A stretch of DNA of 64,000 nucleotides, taken from the NCBI RefSeq assembly GCF_009914755.1, contig NC_060926.1; one strand, 5' to 3'. Positions 58,682-64,000 of this stretch are shown one piece after another. The stretch's first letter is position 1, and every line of letters begins with the position of its first letter. The notes below the pieces were generated by a model. It did no database searches. It saw only the letters and a list, made by a program, of their open reading frames with translations, and had not been told where the DNA came from. Source of the stretch: the human T2T-CHM13v2.0 reference genome, Homo sapiens. Position numbers and translations under genes: made by a program.

Positions 58682-58910
58682 CTGAAAAACAAAAGATAAA
58701 AATCAGATATTCAGAAATATCCCTGACCAAAGGAAAGTAGCATTGTGCACATAAAAGAATGAGTGAAACGAATGTACTTTTGAAATATCGTGCCCAGAAA
58801 TGACAGAGATCAGGGTTTCTGAGCATGTGTCCATATACTCTACTAGTTACAAAACTTTTATTACTTATATAGCCCATCATTTAACAAGCATCTCTATGGT
58901 ACATCTTCTC

Positions 58911-58989
58911 TTAGGTTGAACGGTATGAAACTGCTGTTTTGGGATGTCAGAAATAGTTGAATGTCAACAGTTTTTCGTGGTTCAACCTA
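58911..58989. mobile_element. MADE2-like mariner MITE
   Basis: ttaggttgaac...gttcaaccta, ~80 bp palindromic element. Confidence 0.7.
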
Positions 58990-59537
58990 TTTATTTTATT
59001 TATTCAGATACTCTTCTACTTGCTAGATATAAAAACTAAGGAGCCTCCCCTACCCCCCGCCACCCCCATTAAATGAGCTCAGTTCTTAGTGCAGAACTAC
59101 AGCGTGGCGTCCGTTCTTCAACCAGATGTACAGTTTTTACTGATTAAATATGTCTGATTAAAGTGATGTGCCTGTTCTTAACGGGGCTGTGGAAAATGAG
59201 AAACTTTTAGCCCTAATACATCTATCTCAAGATGATTTTTTGTTTGTTTACTGTAGAGTAAAATGGAATGTTCTTAGGGAGTTTGCATTGCTGGATATCA
59301 GCAACTGACATTCAACCTGGGAAAACAACAGTATTTTCAGCACATGGAATATGAGTGTTTTGTGAAATGTGTAGCAAGCCAAGGATCACTCTCTTGTAAC
59401 TTTGCTAGCCTAGCCCATCTCCGCAACTAGGCTGAGAATATCTGAGCGCTGTTGTCTGCAGAGCGTAGCCTGGTGCCTGGTACATTGTGGGCTGTTGTCA
59501 TTCCCTGGGGATTTAATGTGCATAGCATCTGTGGTAG

Positions 59538-59879
<342 letters not shown>

Positions 59880-60761
59880 TTCCTTGGGTTTTGGTTCAAA
59901 ACAAATATGCTACACAAAATTTGAGGGACTTTCTTTTTTAATGTAGCAAGGTAAGGGAAAAGGAGAAAAAATTTTTTGTATGTAACTACAAAAGTAAATT
60001 CTGGTTATTTGCTAAACTGAGCAGGCTATACAGAGAGGTAATGGATTAGATAGTTTTTTTCTTCCAGTTTTTACAAATTGTGTCTAGATTCAGTCACAGA
60101 ATGATGTACTTAAAAGACTAAAATGAGCCACTTATTAAGTACATGTAACTCTCCAGTATTACTTGTTATTACATGACTTAAAATTTGGATTCATTCCCAT
60201 GCATACAGTATATTTATAGCATATCTGTATGAATCCATTGGTTGCTCTTCCATTTAAGCCTACAGGCAAGGCTCTGCATTTTATTTATTGTGTTTTTATT
60301 AAATTTTTTAAATTGTAAATGTAATATTTGCTCATGGTTGACAAATTTAATTAGTTCAGAAGTGTAGAAAGTAAATGTTCTCTTCACTCTCATAAAGGGA
60401 ATCCCCTATTTCCATTCTCCAAGGATGAAAGTTAAGTTTCTGGTGTATATTTGCATAATTTTTTAATATACATACACATATGTAACTGTAGATTTTTGAA
60501 AGACAAGCATAAGCCATTTGAGATCAACTAGTCCTTTTAGACAATATCTAAAAGTCCTTTTAGAGCATTGTAAATCTAATGATTCCTCCATTTTGATGTG
60601 GAGTTGTGCTAACTGGCGTTAATGTACTAAAATTCCTAAGAATCCGTTTGTCCCGGCAGTTGCATCAAATAAAAACATGGCATTGTTCCAGTACTGCATT
60701 AATCTAATCAAACTAGTTCAACTGTGTGAGACAGTAAGCCTGTGAAAATCAAGTTACTTAC

Positions 60762-60913
60762 CTGATGTTTTTCAATGAAAATTCACAATTGGCATTACTG
60801 TTGCTTGGAGAATTACACATGAGAGGACCTTTTAAGAGAGCCTGGATGGATATCAGCATGCAATACAGAGCACCAATGACTGTGATCACACTGAAAAGTG
60901 ATGAAAGAAACAT
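60762..60913 (-). CDS. TM4SF20: Transmembrane 4 L six family member 20, penultimate exon (exon 3)
   Basis: Minus strand ttttcag|ATG...AG|gtaagt, 152 nt; MFLSSLFSVITVIGALYCMLISIQALLKGPLMCNSPSNSNANCEFSLKNI(S), with the L6-family GP-x-x-C loop. Confidence 0.96.
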
Positions 60914-61114
60914 CTGAAAAATAAAATAGAGCCATTTGCACATGTTATGACATGTTCTTGATCTGTTTCAAGCTTCAGGAGCGTATACAGTCTTTTTTAA
61001 ATCCAGTCGCCCTAAAATCCTGGATCTTAAGATCACAGTTTATTAGGTGTGAATGATACAAAAAGGCAGAGGGCAGTCTCTGCTATTTGATTACACTCAA
61101 TAAAAGATGGTTGG

Positions 61115-61459
<345 letters not shown>

Positions 61460-61699
61460 TCAACTTTCATATTCCTGAGTCTCATCTGTTTCTTCTGACC
61501 ACTGAGATCTAGTTCCTCCCTGTTTTATGTACTTCCTACTTCATAGAATCTTGACTGGATCTTAACTACGTTTATCTTCATGTCTGGTCTCTTGGCTCGC
61601 AAGCGTTTGGCCCTGATGCTTTAAGTGAATTTGGCCCTGATGCTTTAAGTGGCCAGTGGCCAGCATCCCACAGTGATCAGTCAACAGCATAGAGTTAGA

Positions 61700-61938
61700 A
61701 CAGGACTTCCCAACCTCAGCACCAATGACATTTGCACACTTCGCTGTGGGGCCTTTCCTGTGCAGTGTAGGATATTTAGCAACATCACTCATCTCTACCC
61801 ACTAGATGCCAATATCATCCCCCGACGCCTTGCCACCTCCAGCCCGGTTCTGACAACCAAAAATGTCTCCAGGCATTGCCAAATATCCTCTTGGGGTGGA
61901 GGTGGGTGGGTAAAATAACCCGCCGGTTGAGAGCCACT
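61700..61938 (+). mobile_element. MER20 DNA transposon
   Basis: caacctcagcac...tagatgcca...aaaaatgtctccaggcattgccaaata...ggttgagagccactg. Confidence 0.85.
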
Positions 61939-62061
61939 GTGTTAGAAAGATTGTACACATCTTTATTTCGTGAGTCAGTCATGAGAGCAGAAGAAGGCAT
62001 GGAATTTGGCATAGGAAACTGAATGAAAGTTCGTGTTTGTTTTTCCAAAAATAAGCTCTTA

Positions 62062-62193
62062 GGCCAGGCACAGTGGCTCATGCCTGTAGTCCCAGCACTT
62101 TGGGAGGCCAAGGAGGGTAGATTGCTTGAGCCCAGGAGTTCGAGACTAGCCTGGGCAACGTAGTAAGAGCCCATCTCTAAAAGAAAAAAAAAA
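62062..62193 (+). mobile_element. FLAM / Alu monomer
   Basis: Single left-arm monomer with A tail. Confidence 0.85.
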
Positions 62194-62682
62194 GAAGGAA
62201 ACTTTTGTATTGTTTCAGTGAAGTTGTTAGTCACTGATGATTATTTCAAAATCAGCAGAAATGAAGCGAGGGAATGCTTTTCCTTTTTCTTTGCTGGGAT
62301 AATGCAGCTCCCACAGGGTCTGTGTGTTGTGTTCTTGAGACCTGCCTTTTATGAGTGCAGAATAAGGTGGCTACCTATAGAGTTGTGTTGAGGGATGTTG
62401 TGCTCTACATATATCATCTCATTTAATTCTTTTCATAATCCCAAGAGGTAGATACTATTATTATTTCCATTTTATAGATGAGAAAACTGTGTATCATGGA
62501 GATGGACAAAACTTGTCAGGCTCTCACAGCTGGGAAACACTTTAATCACTATTCTTCTTCCAGCCAAAAGTTCAGAATGATGGATTTGGAGTCTACTTCA
62601 AATCCTGATTCTTCCATGCTACTGTGACTTGTGCAGTTACTTAAATGTACTCATCAAGAAGTGCCATGGTGTTTATTTTTAA

Positions 62683-63347
<665 letters not shown>

Positions 63348-64000
63348 TGAGTTCTCATCCCTACAAAAGGCCTGGCTTTAGAAAGTGATTCCAGGCATGT
63401 GTATTTCCCCTAAAGGGGATTCACTTAAATGATTCAGCAAAACCATTTTGTATTCAGAAGCAAAAATAAGAACTGGAAAAAGGGAAGAAGCAAAGAACAG
63501 TTAAAATAGGGGACAAGCCTTGGTCAACCCTTTCCCTTCCTCCCAAGATGTTGCCTTTGCCACTTGTCTCATGTTTTGGTCTTATCTAGGCCTCAAAGAC
63601 ACCAGATACGACATAAAAACCAGTTCTTAGAGGATACACCTATCGGAAAAGCCTATATAAGTGTTTTGATATTTTTGATTTCAGGAATTCAGAAATGTCT
63701 CAGGATGTCAAGAATGTTGTGAACACCACATAGAAAAGATACAAAGTCAAATTCCAAATTATTATCGTTTACAAAGAAAAGTGACAGGGAAGGGAAACTG
63801 AAAATTAGTGTTTATTGAATACCTAAAATGTATTCAGACAAAAATAGACTAGAACTAATTAGCATAATTATTGTAATCCTAGATAAATATCAAATGTCAG
63901 AAAAAGGGTAATTTTTAAAAATATGAATCTTCCATTATGGATAGAAATATCTGGTTTGTTTTTTTTAAGTAGTGGTTCTAACCCCTGGCCAAATTATCTT

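Noticed and set aside
58503-58880. 125-aa minus ORF and 73-aa plus ORF overlapping TM4SF20 exon 4
   Set aside because: Alternative-frame or antisense shadows that start or end in intron; no independent support

Overview
Human genomic DNA, recognisable as chr2q36.3. The + strand carries the last five coding exons and the ~2.9 kb 3'UTR of COL4A3 (the NC1/Goodpasture/tumstatin domain). A CpG-island promoter at ~19.8-20.7 kb drives the complete MFF gene: 11 exons, whose coding parts sum to 1029 nt = 342 aa plus stop. The same promoter probably drives the divergent lncRNA MFF-DT. The - strand carries the last two exons and 3'UTR of TM4SF20, convergent with MFF. A decayed STIP1 processed pseudogene lies in an MFF intron and is split by a MER20/L1/Alu nest. 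A 4.6 kb stack of nested LTRs (MADE1/MER4A/LTR12 and MER34/ERV LTR/MER4A) sits just upstream of the MFF promoter. About 25 Alus are present, including a young AluYa5. Most entries in the ORF track are Alu, LTR or GC-rich artefacts. I found no convincing new gene or system. The best leads are regulatory or structural: a sense-oriented LTR12 as a possible MFF promoter, splice-dependent completion of an AMPK site, donor-like motifs at exon starts, a 45-bp quasi-palindrome and inverted repeat pairs. Repeat subfamily names are from memory of consensus sequences and need RepeatMasker/Dfam confirmation.
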